This document shows positions 9,891 through 18,292 of a stretch of DNA of 56,683 nucleotides, one piece after another (position 1 is the stretch's first letter; each line of letters starts with the position of its first letter). The translations under genes were made by a program, and so were the position numbers. Origin of the DNA: Hadesarchaea archaeon. Its GTDB lineage: Archaea > Hadarchaeota > Hadarchaeia > Hadarchaeales > JAGGTB01. The stretch spans positions 1-56,683 of the forward strand of contig JAGGTB010000028.1 in the NCBI GenBank assembly GCA_021163965.1, written 5' to 3'. The notes beneath the pieces were generated by a model that was not told where the DNA came from, did no database searches, and was given only the letters and a program-made list of their open reading frames with translations.

Positions 9891-10787
9891 ATGCTGAGCG
9901 AGAAGGAACTCGAAATCTACAGAAGGGTTGGGAGGATTGCGGCGGAGGTTCGAGAGGAAGTACGCCGGATGGTGAAACCGGGTGAACTACTCCTGAATAT
10001 CGCCGAAACCGCCGAGGAGCTCATCAGGAGTAAGGGGGCACAGCCGGCATTCCCCTGCAACGTCTCTGTCAATGCAGTTGCCGCCCACTACAGTCCCCCA
10101 GCCGACGATAAGAGCAGAATCCAAGAAGGGGACGTAGTAAAAGTTGATATTGGCGCTCACATCGATGGATACATAGCGGATACCGCCTTTACCGTCGCGG
10201 TGGGGGGTAAGAACCAGGAGATAGCGGAGGCTGTTGAGCAAGTACTGGAAAAAGCCATTGGCATGGTGAAGCCCGGCGTTAATGTCGGAGAGATCGGCGC
10301 CACAATTGAAGAGGCCGCAAAGGTTGCAGGATTCAGGCCAATTGAAAATCTAACGGGTCATGAACTAGCTAGGTGGGACCTCCATGCGGGAATCACAATT
10401 CCAAATGTCAAAGAGGAGTCCGAGCAGACGGTCAAGGAGGGAGACGTTTTGGCGCTCGAGCCGTTTATAACGAACGGTGCAGGGGAAGTGGAGGACCAGC
10501 CGGAAACCTACATCTTCAGGTTCATCGGAGTTAGGCCCGTACAGAGGCGCATGTCCCTAAAAGTGCTTCAAGATATCAGCAGGCTATATCGAAGTCTTCC
10601 TTTCGCCGAGCGCTGGTTGGCCAAAAGGATGTCGAGGATTAGGTTGCAACTTACCTTGCGGGATCTTATAAACGCTGGAGCGATTCGCCCCTACCACGTC
10701 CTGAAGGAGAGAGAAGACGGTTTGGTGGCGCAAGCCGAGCACACGTTGATAGTGACGAAAGATGGTTGCGAGGTAACGACTCGATAA
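9891..10787 (+). CDS. map: Methionine aminopeptidase, type 2
   Basis: ~298 aa from the internal ATG at 9891. The FPCNVSVNAVAAHYSP, VKVDIGAHIDGYIADTA, GHELARWDLH and AQAEHTLIV metal-ligand context matches archaeal type-2 MetAP. Confidence 0.92.
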   Translation: MLSEKELEIYRRVGRIAAEVREEVRRMVKPGELLLNIAETAEELIRSKGAQPAFPCNVSVNAVAAHYSPPADDKSRIQEGDVVKVDIGAHIDGYIADTAFTVAVGGKNQEIAEAVEQVLEKAIGMVKPGVNVGEIGATIEEAAKVAGFRPIENLTGHELARWDLHAGITIPNVKEESEQTVKEGDVLALEPFITNGAGEVEDQPETYIFRFIGVRPVQRRMSLKVLQDISRLYRSLPFAERWLAKRMSRIRLQLTLRDLINAGAIRPYHVLKEREDGLVAQAEHTLIVTKDGCEVTTR

Positions 10788-10793
10788 CGAACA

Positions 10794-11477
10794 CTATTTT
10801 TTCCGAGCCAGGATCATCGCGTGGTCCTTTGCATAGGGTTCGAGAATCCGGGAATCCACTATCTCGAGTTCCCGCTCGAGCTTCCCTATTTCATCTCTGA
10901 AGATCTCACGTGGCTCCTTCGTGACATCGATGCTCCTAGCTTTAAGAGCGAGAAACGCATACCCTTTGTTCTTTAGGAAAATGCGCGCGTTCTCAAGCAA
11001 AATGTTTGTCTGCTCCGGTTGGGCAACATCCTGGTATATGACATCCACCTGCTCGACTATCATGTGGTACTGATTTGGCCGGGATGCATCGGCCAAGATC
11101 GGGATCATGTTCTGTCTCCTCTCGCACACGGCCAAAAGATCCCGCATCGGGCGGGGGGAAATCTCCACACAGTAGATAGTACCCTCTCGGCCCACTATAT
11201 CTGAGATGTGGCTGGCGGTGGTTCCGCTCGCCGCCCCCAAGTACAGAACTCTTGATCCCCCGGCGATCGGTATCGGACTAAGACCCCGCAAAATGGCAGC
11301 AGCGAGTTTACTGCGATATGGGTCCCAGATGCGGTATTCGATCCCCTCCGCGCTGACTACTTGCTCACCGTATACCTTCGTCCCCGGAGAGAAGTTCACA
11401 GTCGCCAGCCTGTTCAGGCCCCTTTCTAATTCGACCCAGTAAATATGCTCAAACTTTTCATGCGCGCGTATCCTCAT
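10794..11477 (-). CDS. flpA: Fibrillarin-like rRNA/tRNA 2'-O-methyltransferase
   Basis: 227 aa with VYGEQVV, RIWDPYRSKLAAAI, and the SAM motif VLYLGAASGTTASHISD. Overlaps the 3' end of nop5 as in the conserved archaeal operon. Confidence 0.95.
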   Translation of the reverse strand: MRIRAHEKFEHIYWVELERGLNRLATVNFSPGTKVYGEQVVSAEGIEYRIWDPYRSKLAAAILRGLSPIPIAGGSRVLYLGAASGTTASHISDIVGREGTIYCVEISPRPMRDLLAVCERRQNMIPILADASRPNQYHMIVEQVDVIYQDVAQPEQTNILLENARIFLKNKGYAFLALKARSIDVTKEPREIFRDEIGKLERELEIVDSRILEPYAKDHAMILARKK

Positions 11478-12630
11478 TTTGCCTCTCTCCTTTTGCTCTC
11501 CTCTCTATGTTTGCTATCCTAGAGTCAAGTTCAGCCCTTAACCTGTCGCCGACGAACTCCCCGGACATGGCATCCACCCGCGCGGCTATCGAAAGCTTCC
11601 CGGCGAGAGCCCTAGCTATCTTTCCGCGCAACTTTTTTGGCGACCTGTGTATCTTGGGGTACTGGTAGATAACTCCGTGCTTTGGCGGCTTCCCCCGCTT
11701 ATGCAGAGCCCTAAACAGAGCTTTTTCAGCCCCGAGAACCTGAATTGTGCTTGCCGGCATCCTTGCTAATTCTTTGAGTCCACCGGCTATGGAGACGAGT
11801 CTAGCTCCTATTGAACTTCCAACCACCGCCCTAATGTTTGGAGCTACCTGGGCCATTAACTCGTCCACGTATCTGGACACCCTCTCTCTAGCCTCGCACA
11901 ACTTCCTAATCCCCTCGACGCAATCCCGCACGACCTGGATATCCATCTGATCGAAGTCCGCACCTACCGAATCCCGGGATGCTTGGGTAATCGTCTCTGC
12001 ATCCTTCTCAGACAGCTTGGTCACCCTCATGACCGCCTCTTTGGAAAAATTCTCCCGTGCCCCGAGCTCGGAGACCAATTTGAAGTAGTCTTTGTGGTCT
12101 GGAACTAACCTATCCAACTCCGGGAAGTGAACGGAATACCACTCCCGAAGCTTCCCGTAAAGGGCATTAGCGGTCCTGTCGAGTTCGTCCATTGTGTCGA
12201 TTGCCTGGATCACTATTCTGTCTCTTTCCTCCGCGGCCCTGCGCAACTCCTCGCGGGTCAGGAGGATGTTCACGCGCCTGATAATTTCATCTACGTCTCG
12301 AACCTTCATACGAGGTGCCATCTCCCGCAGGGACCCCCTGAGGATTTCCCCCGCCCTGTTTGGTAGCTTTACCTCAAATTTCGCTTCTGGGAACTCCTCT
12401 CTAAGCCTTGCCACGAGCCCTTGTGATTCTATTGAAAATCTCCTGTGTCCTCGATCTATCAACTTCGTGAGGAGCTCGAGGTGCTCGCTTGTGGGCTCCC
12501 CTCTTCTGATCAGCAACAGTTTGGCGAATATGCTCTCGGCGTCCCTCGGGAAAGCCTCAGAGCCGATTAATTTTCCATCCTCGCTAAACGCGAAAACTCC
12601 TAAGATGCATTCGCCGATGTGGATCGTCAT
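11458..12630 (-). CDS. nop5: C/D box sRNP protein Nop5 (Nop56/58)
   Basis: 390 aa with a coiled-coil middle and a Nop domain (GSSIGARLVSIAGGLKELARMPASTIQVLGAEKALFRAL...PKHGVIYQ). Directly upstream of flpA. Confidence 0.93.
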   Translation of the reverse strand: MTIHIGECILGVFAFSEDGKLIGSEAFPRDAESIFAKLLLIRRGEPTSEHLELLTKLIDRGHRRFSIESQGLVARLREEFPEAKFEVKLPNRAGEILRGSLREMAPRMKVRDVDEIIRRVNILLTREELRRAAEERDRIVIQAIDTMDELDRTANALYGKLREWYSVHFPELDRLVPDHKDYFKLVSELGARENFSKEAVMRVTKLSEKDAETITQASRDSVGADFDQMDIQVVRDCVEGIRKLCEARERVSRYVDELMAQVAPNIRAVVGSSIGARLVSIAGGLKELARMPASTIQVLGAEKALFRALHKRGKPPKHGVIYQYPKIHRSPKKLRGKIARALAGKLSIAARVDAMSGEFVGDRLRAELDSRIANIERRAKGERQNEDTRA

Positions 12631-12696
12631 CCAATCCCTCCTGAAAGCAATTATTGTCGCGAAGGGTTAAAGGGCTACGCATGTCCCGTGATACAT

Positions 12697-13839
12697 TTAG
12701 ATCACCAGCCAAGGGTTTCCCACCCTTACTTTCTCGAGCCCCTCCTTTCTACACACATCTAGGAATCTTTCGACATCTCTCTTCTTCACGTATGGCATGT
12801 CCTTCATGTAATACAAAGGATGAAACGCGAGCAATGAGTACGGGATTGATGGATCCACGCTCGCAATGAAAGAGGCAATGCCGCGAATTTCCTCCTCATC
12901 CACATAACCGGGGACAAGAAGCGTGCTCGCTCTGGCGAACGGGACCTCAGGGCGCTCCTGCTGACGCCTTCCAATGAGCTTGAAATTCTCGAACGCGACG
13001 CGGTGATCGACTCCCGAGAGGGCGTACAGTATTTCGGAGGACCAACATTTCAGGTCAGCTTTTATCCCGCCACCGCTCTCCATCGAAAGCTCCGCGAACT
13101 TCTTCAAGCTCCAGCGATCCATGCTCAGATTAGTCTCCATGCATACTCTGAGGAGCCTTCCTTCCCGCTCCGCCCTCTCCCTCGCGATTTTCGCCGATCT
13201 TATCACGAAGGGCATCTGGCTCGCCGGATCTCCTCCGAAATAGCATATGCAGCTCACGTTCTCGGTGGCTTTCGATGCCAATTCCTCGGCGCTCATCGTC
13301 GGCGCTCCTTTGACTGTAAGTTCCCTGAAACTGAAGTTCTGGCAGTAAAGACAGTTGTAGGTGCAACTGCCTATGAAGACTGATAGGTTGTTGAAACCTA
13401 TGTCGCCGCGGGGGGAGTAGCACCACTTCGGATATCCTGCACCGCTTGATCCGGCACAACACCACGCTGGGACGCAGTTGGTCGGGATCGGATCGTAGTA
13501 CCAGCTTAAGAGCCCCCGCTCCGGGGTCCCGAACTCTCTGACGAGCTTTCCCCCAACGTTTTTGACCACACCGCAGAGCCCCCTTCCGCCCTCGGGTATT
13601 CGGCAGTTGTTGCCACACATGCTGCAACGGACGCCGTTTGGATTCCTCGGGGCGGTCCTAGGCAGACCGTAGCGCTCCCTGATCTCTGCGTGGGCAGCGT
13701 CTATGAAGGGCTTGGCTTCTTCGAACCTTTCGCGGATGCATTCGGCGCAAACCCTAAGGGTGGCGGAGATGTCTGCGGAGCTTCTCCCACAGACTTCACA
13801 TGTTACCTCTGTCCCTAACGGAGAGCTGCTGATGTGCAT
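12697..13839 (-). CDS. Radical SAM protein (PflA / AmmeMemoRadiSam-like) with N-terminal Cys-rich region
   Basis: CxxxCxxC cluster in GSCTYNCLYCQNFSF. The N-terminus has CEVCGR...CAECI and further Cys pairs. Substrate is not inferable. Confidence 0.75.
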   Translation of the reverse strand: MHISSSPLGTEVTCEVCGRSSADISATLRVCAECIRERFEEAKPFIDAAHAEIRERYGLPRTAPRNPNGVRCSMCGNNCRIPEGGRGLCGVVKNVGGKLVREFGTPERGLLSWYYDPIPTNCVPAWCCAGSSGAGYPKWCYSPRGDIGFNNLSVFIGSCTYNCLYCQNFSFRELTVKGAPTMSAEELASKATENVSCICYFGGDPASQMPFVIRSAKIARERAEREGRLLRVCMETNLSMDRWSLKKFAELSMESGGGIKADLKCWSSEILYALSGVDHRVAFENFKLIGRRQQERPEVPFARASTLLVPGYVDEEEIRGIASFIASVDPSIPYSLLAFHPLYYMKDMPYVKKRDVERFLDVCRKEGLEKVRVGNPWLVI

Positions 13840-13948
13840 GCAACCATATTCTGAATAACAAGACAGGACATTAGGCTTTAGTTGCTTCTGAAAATGGGAA
13901 ACCCGAAAGGATAATTTATCACAATAGAATTACCAAAGGGGTGCTCGA

Positions 13949-14161
13949 TTGGGAAGAATTCTCGAAATAAAGGTTGTTCCGAATTCCCGAGTCGAGAAGG
14001 TAATTAAGGAAGAGCCGATAATAGTGAAAGTGAGGGATCCCCCGGAAAAAGGAAAAGCGAACAAAGCCGTCATTAAGCTACTGTCAAAGTATTTCGGCTC
14101 CAAGGTGAGGCTCATCGCGGGGAAAAGGTGCAGGAAGAAACTCGTAGAAATTGTCGAATGA
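13949..14161 (+). CDS. DUF167 / YggU-like (UPF0235) protein
   Basis: 70 aa. LEIKVVPNSRVEKV...VKVRDPPEKGKANKAVIKLLSKYFGSKVRLIAGKRCRKK fits the GKAN-containing DUF167 pattern. Confidence 0.7.
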   Translation: MGRILEIKVVPNSRVEKVIKEEPIIVKVRDPPEKGKANKAVIKLLSKYFGSKVRLIAGKRCRKKLVEIVE

Positions 14162-14176
14162 TGGATCCTCGGTAGA

Positions 14177-14434
14177 GGTGACCTCCTCCCCACGCTTTCG
14201 CACGGGGCTTCCGACTTTTCCTTCCGTTACCCCCACATCGCCTCGCTTCGGGGAACGTTTTGCCGGAAGCCTCTGGGAGCTTCCTGCTTCATCCACCGGA
14301 CTCGATCCCCGACGCGCGGGTCATCGGTTTCTCACAGGCGTTCGGTTCGGGGTGGCCGAAGAAATCGGCATGGAGGGAAATATACGGTTTTCGGCCCTCA
14401 TCCCCGCCCTCACGGAAGGGGACTCCCCGCCGAC
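14177..14434 (-). ncRNA. Unclassified structured RNA candidate, copy 1 (paralogue of 32182-32414)
   Basis: Homologous to a second locus in three collinear blocks separated by hairpin-forming expansions. One stem shows a compensatory change. GNRA-capped hairpins and G-U pairs appear only on the minus strand. A conserved TTTAAC lies just upstream (14435-14443 on the plus strand). Weaker similarity extends to about 14161. Confidence 0.5.
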
Positions 14435-14492
14435 AAAGTTAAAAACTATGGGGTAATCTAAACATTGACTATAAAGTTCAGTTGGTGTTAAC

Positions 14493-15401
14493 ATGCAGCG
14501 CAGAACCGAAGAAATCTTTGCAAAATGCGGAACTGAGCGGTTGAAGCGCAGTTTTGCCAAGGTGGAAAAGGGCGGCGTGATAATGGACGTCACTACCCCC
14601 GAAGAAGCCAGAATTGCGGAGGAAGCGGGAGCCGTCGCCGTTATGGCCCTACATGCCGTGCCAGCTGACATCAGAAAGGCCGGCGGAGTCGCGAGAATGG
14701 CCGACCCAGCGAAGATCAAGGAGATAATGGACGCGGTCACCATCCCCGTCATGGCGAAGTGTAGGATCGGGCACTTTGCGGAGGCCCAAATCCTCGAGGA
14801 GCTGGGAGTCGACATGGTCGATGAATCTGAGGTCCTGACCCCAGCGGATAGGGAATTCCACGTAGACAAGCACAAGTTCAGGGTTCCATTCGTGTGTGGC
14901 GCTAGGGATCTGGGCGAGGCACTCAGACGTATCAATGAGGGGGCTGCAATGATACGAACAAAAGGTGAGGCTGGCACCGGAAATATCGTGGAGGCCGTGA
15001 AGCACATTAGGTTAACCCTCAAGCAGATTAGGGAACTCCAAGATCTCGGGAAGAGGGGGCTCGAGGAGAAGGCCCGGGAGTACAGGGTTCCGGTGGAACT
15101 CGTCGAGGAGGTGGCGAGACTCCAGAGGCTTCCTGTAATCTGGTTCTGCGCCGGTGGGATAGCTACTCCGGCAGACAGTGCTTTGGTGATGCAATTCGGC
15201 GTGGATGGGGTATTTGTGGGGTCCGGGATTTTCAAATCTGAGGATCCTCCAAGGATGGCGAGGGCAATTGTGGAAGCCACTAGACACTACGATGATCCCA
15301 AGGTGCTGCTCGAGGTAAGCAAGAACCTACCGGAGCCCATGCGCGGGATAGATGTAGACTCCCTCAGGCCCGAGGAGCGAATGCAGACGCGAGGCGTGTA
15401 G
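14493..15401 (+). CDS. pdxS: Pyridoxal 5'-phosphate synthase subunit PdxS
   Basis: 302 aa with [41 protein letters not shown] ... [10 protein letters not shown] ... [14 protein letters not shown], a textbook PdxS/SNZ sequence. No pdxT is adjacent. Confidence 0.95.
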   Translation: MQRRTEEIFAKCGTERLKRSFAKVEKGGVIMDVTTPEEARIAEEAGAVAVMALHAVPADIRKAGGVARMADPAKIKEIMDAVTIPVMAKCRIGHFAEAQILEELGVDMVDESEVLTPADREFHVDKHKFRVPFVCGARDLGEALRRINEGAAMIRTKGEAGTGNIVEAVKHIRLTLKQIRELQDLGKRGLEEKAREYRVPVELVEEVARLQRLPVIWFCAGGIATPADSALVMQFGVDGVFVGSGIFKSEDPPRMARAIVEATRHYDDPKVLLEVSKNLPEPMRGIDVDSLRPEERMQTRGV

Positions 15402-15611
15402 TTAGTCATTGGAAACTGGGGCTTGCAAAAAACACATAGAAAGTACCAGTCGCGAGGTTTATAGACGTAAAGGTGACAGCAGTATTCCTATTCGGATCGG
15501 TCGGACATGAGGGAATGCGTGAGTACTTCTTGTAGCTGTGTCAGAAGTCGAAAGGGGTTCAGGCTGGGGGGGAACAATAGGTATTTGACTTTCTCTCCAA
15601 GCTTTCTATTA

Positions 15612-17291
15612 ATGAAGTTTCGTGAAATCGCCGAACTGTGCGAGAAGCTCGAGAAAACTGGAAAGCGCAATAAGATGGTCGAGCTGTGTGCGGACTTCTT
15701 GAAGCGGTTGAATCCGAGTGAGATAGGGTCGGTAGTTTGCATACTTCTAGGGAGACCCTTTCCCCGCGGAAGCTGGGAGAAGTTGGAAATCAACTGGATG
15801 ATCCTCCGCGACCCAATCCTTCGCGTCATTAAGGCAAGGCCCGAGGATATGGAAACGGCCATCGGGAAGACGGGAGACCTCGGGGCGGCGACCTATCTGC
15901 TCTTCAAGTCTAGGCAGAAGCCTCAGCGGCTGTTTATCGAATCCCCTCTTGAGATACTCGAGGTTCGCGATATCTTCCTAAAGATAGCAAGAGTGAAAGG
16001 ACCAAGGGCGAGGGAGAGGAAAGAGAGGTTTCTGGAGGGCCTCTTTGCTCGTAGCGGACCGCTTGAGGCCAAGTACCTAGTGAAAATAATCACCGGAGAG
16101 ATGCGTACGGGTTTCCGGGAGGGGCTAATGAGGCTCGCTATTGCCAAGGCCTTTGGTCTACCTGAGGAAGCTGTCATGCGCGCATGCATGTTCGCTGGGG
16201 ACATCTCCCGCGTTGCAGAGATCGCGGCAAAAAGGGGAGAAGCTGGAATTCGATCTTTGAAGCCGTTCCCCTTTAGGCCCATCCAGCCGATGCTCGCCAA
16301 AGTAGCGGAAAGCGTGGAGGAGGCGATAAATCTCCACGAGGGGACGACTGCTCTAGAGTACAAGCTGGACGGAGCAAGAGTCCAAGTTCACAAGTCGGGA
16401 GGTAAAGTCAGGATTTTCAGTCGTAACTTGACGGATGTGACGGGAAGCATGCCCGAGATATCGAACCAGATTTCGCGGGAGCTTGCCGGGAGGAGGGCGA
16501 TCGCTGAGGGGGAGGTCATCGCGGTCGGGAGAGACGGGTTCCCGTTGCCTTTTCAATACCTCTTACAACGCTTCAGGCGAGAGCGTAAGATCCGCGAGAT
16601 GATGCGCGAAGTCCCGCTTGAACTCCAGCTCTTCGATCTCCTTTACTTAAATGGGAGGTCCCTAGTGGATCTCCCGTATACCCAACGAAGAGGTTTACTC
16701 GAGGAGATCGCTGGAGGGGTGAAACTTACCGAACAACTCATCGTACACGACCCTCAGGGGGGAGAAAGGTTCCTCAATCAAGCCATCCGAGGCGGGCACG
16801 AGGGGGTCATCGCGAAGAAGCCCGATAGTCCGTACATCCCCGGAGCGAGGGAGAACGCATGGCTGAAGATCAAACCTACACTAGAGCCACTTGACCTCGT
16901 GATAGTAGGAGCGGAGTTTGGGTATGGGAGGCGACACAAGTGGCTTTCAGACTATTACTTGGCGGCGAGGGATGAAAAGACAGGTAAGTACGAGATCGTT
17001 GGGAAGACCTTCAAGGGACTAACGGACGCCGAGCTTCAGGAGATGACGGACAAGCTGAAGGAGCTGGGGGTGAGACGAGAAGGGAGGCGGGTCTGGGTTC
17101 AACCCAGCATCGTCGTCGAGGTCGCCTATAACGAAATCCAAAGGAGTTCAAAATATCCCTGTGGGATGGCCCTTCGGTTTGCGAGGATAACCAGAATCCG
17201 CAACGACAAAAGCCCACAGGATGCCGATACCGTCGAGAGGGTTGGGGAAATCTATGCAAAACAGGCGAAGAGGAGGGTTCGCAACCGATGA
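15612..17291 (+). CDS. lig: ATP-dependent DNA ligase
   Basis: Active-site KLDGAR (EYKLDGARVQVH), the EGVIAK motif and a C-terminal OB domain (LRFARITRIRNDK). Start moved to the ATG at 15612 (MKFREIAELCEKLE). Confidence 0.95.
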   Translation: MKFREIAELCEKLEKTGKRNKMVELCADFLKRLNPSEIGSVVCILLGRPFPRGSWEKLEINWMILRDPILRVIKARPEDMETAIGKTGDLGAATYLLFKSRQKPQRLFIESPLEILEVRDIFLKIARVKGPRARERKERFLEGLFARSGPLEAKYLVKIITGEMRTGFREGLMRLAIAKAFGLPEEAVMRACMFAGDISRVAEIAAKRGEAGIRSLKPFPFRPIQPMLAKVAESVEEAINLHEGTTALEYKLDGARVQVHKSGGKVRIFSRNLTDVTGSMPEISNQISRELAGRRAIAEGEVIAVGRDGFPLPFQYLLQRFRRERKIREMMREVPLELQLFDLLYLNGRSLVDLPYTQRRGLLEEIAGGVKLTEQLIVHDPQGGERFLNQAIRGGHEGVIAKKPDSPYIPGARENAWLKIKPTLEPLDLVIVGAEFGYGRRHKWLSDYYLAARDEKTGKYEIVGKTFKGLTDAELQEMTDKLKELGVRREGRRVWVQPSIVVEVAYNEIQRSSKYPCGMALRFARITRIRNDKSPQDADTVERVGEIYAKQAKRRVRNR

Positions 17292-17514
17292 TGTCCCAGA
17301 CAAAGTCGCATGGAGGAGAATAAATTTGAACACGGGAAATTTTGCTATTGTGGATATGGGTATCCATTAAAAAAACACTCCAGTAGCCCCACTTCCAGAT
17401 TAGAAATCTTGAGAATCCTTCCAACCACCAGTTAAAGATTGGCGGAATCTTTCTTTTAACAGGTTTAGAGGAAACCCACGACAATGTCCATGTTACTCTA
17501 AACAGCAAAGGAGT

Positions 17515-18282
17515 TTAACGTCGCGAGGAACTTTGTTTTTTTATCTTACCCAAAAGTCTTGGTGAATTTATCTTCCACCAGAGTTTAAGTACTTGGGTTA
17601 TCATGTCGATTGAATCCCTAAGTAAATTCACCTTTGTTTCGCCTGTATGTCTCCACTCAACAGGGAATTCCTTTATCGTGTAACCTCTTTTGGACGCTCT
17701 GACCAAAAGTTCCGTGTCCCAAAACCAGTGATCAGCCTTCACATCATCAAGAACCGAGAGGAGCGCGCTTCTACGAAAAGATTTGAATCCGCACTGATGA
17801 TCTCTGATTCCAGTTCTGAAGAAGAGCCTCACCATAAGGTTGTACACACTGGAGGCAATTGCTCTGGAAATCGTCCTCTCGGCTTTACTTTCGGGAAGCA
17901 TCCTAGAACCCATAGCAAAGTCGTAACCATCCCTTATCGTTTGTATGAGTTCCTTTAGGTGCTTTATGTCAGTCGCCAGATCAACATCCATAAAGGCTAT
18001 GATTCTTCCTTTACACTTCTTTGATGCTCTCTTGATTGCTCCCCCTTTTCCGAGCCGTTTGTCACTATGAAAGTGCCTGACGGATGAATACTTCTCTGAG
18101 AGTCTAGACGCAATTTTATCTGTTCCATCAGTGCTTCCGTCTTCAGCAATTATTATTTCGTAGGAGCGCGTGATATTCTTAAGGGCCTCAATTGCTCTCC
18201 TCACGGCCCATTCTATTTTTTCAGCCTCATTGTGCGCGGGAAAAATCAGGGAGACTTCCACCCCCCTGCTGTTTTCATCCAT
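17515..18282 (-). CDS. Family 2 glycosyltransferase (dolichyl-phosphate sugar synthase-like)
   Basis: VSLIFPAHNEAEKI, IIAEDGSTDGT, AFMDVDLATD and the QCGFKSF motif. Confidence 0.85.
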   Translation of the reverse strand: MDENSRGVEVSLIFPAHNEAEKIEWAVRRAIEALKNITRSYEIIIAEDGSTDGTDKIASRLSEKYSSVRHFHSDKRLGKGGAIKRASKKCKGRIIAFMDVDLATDIKHLKELIQTIRDGYDFAMGSRMLPESKAERTISRAIASSVYNLMVRLFFRTGIRDHQCGFKSFRRSALLSVLDDVKADHWFWDTELLVRASKRGYTIKEFPVEWRHTGETKVNLLRDSIDMITQVLKLWWKINSPRLLGKIKKQSSSRR

Positions 18283-18292
18283 TTGTACACCC

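Noticed and set aside
12631-13948. Searched the spacers around nop5/flpA and other intergenic regions (5600-5716, 9742-9890, 13840-13948, 17292-17514) for C/D box sRNAs.
   Set aside because: No properly spaced RUGAUGA...CUGA box pairs were found. The AUGAUG-like strings at 17286 and 14150 lack matching D boxes.
14084-14296. Minus-strand ORFs running through both RNA-like repeats (14084-14296, and 31849-32298 for copy 2). They share [18 protein letters not shown].
   Set aside because: A 1-nt indel between the copies puts their upstream halves in different frames ([17 protein letters not shown] versus [16 protein letters not shown]). The C-terminal ends are unrelated, and the copy 2 frame runs on through the palindrome array. 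The shared peptide is simply a translation of the conserved nucleotide block.
14177-14434. Considered calling the repeated element SRP (7S) RNA or RNase P RNA.
   Set aside because: There is no GAGGAAAGUCC plus ACAGAA..GGCUUA pair for RNase P. SRP-like strings are present, but the helix-8 tetraloop and AGCA loop geometry and a long helix 5 formed by the 5' and 3' strands could not be drawn by hand. The classification is left open pending a covariance-model search.
14321-15280. 319-aa minus-strand ORF antisense to pdxS.
   Set aside because: It has a low-complexity Ser/Thr/Ala/Pro-rich translation and lies fully inside the strongly supported pdxS gene. This is a typical antisense shadow ORF in GC-rich DNA.
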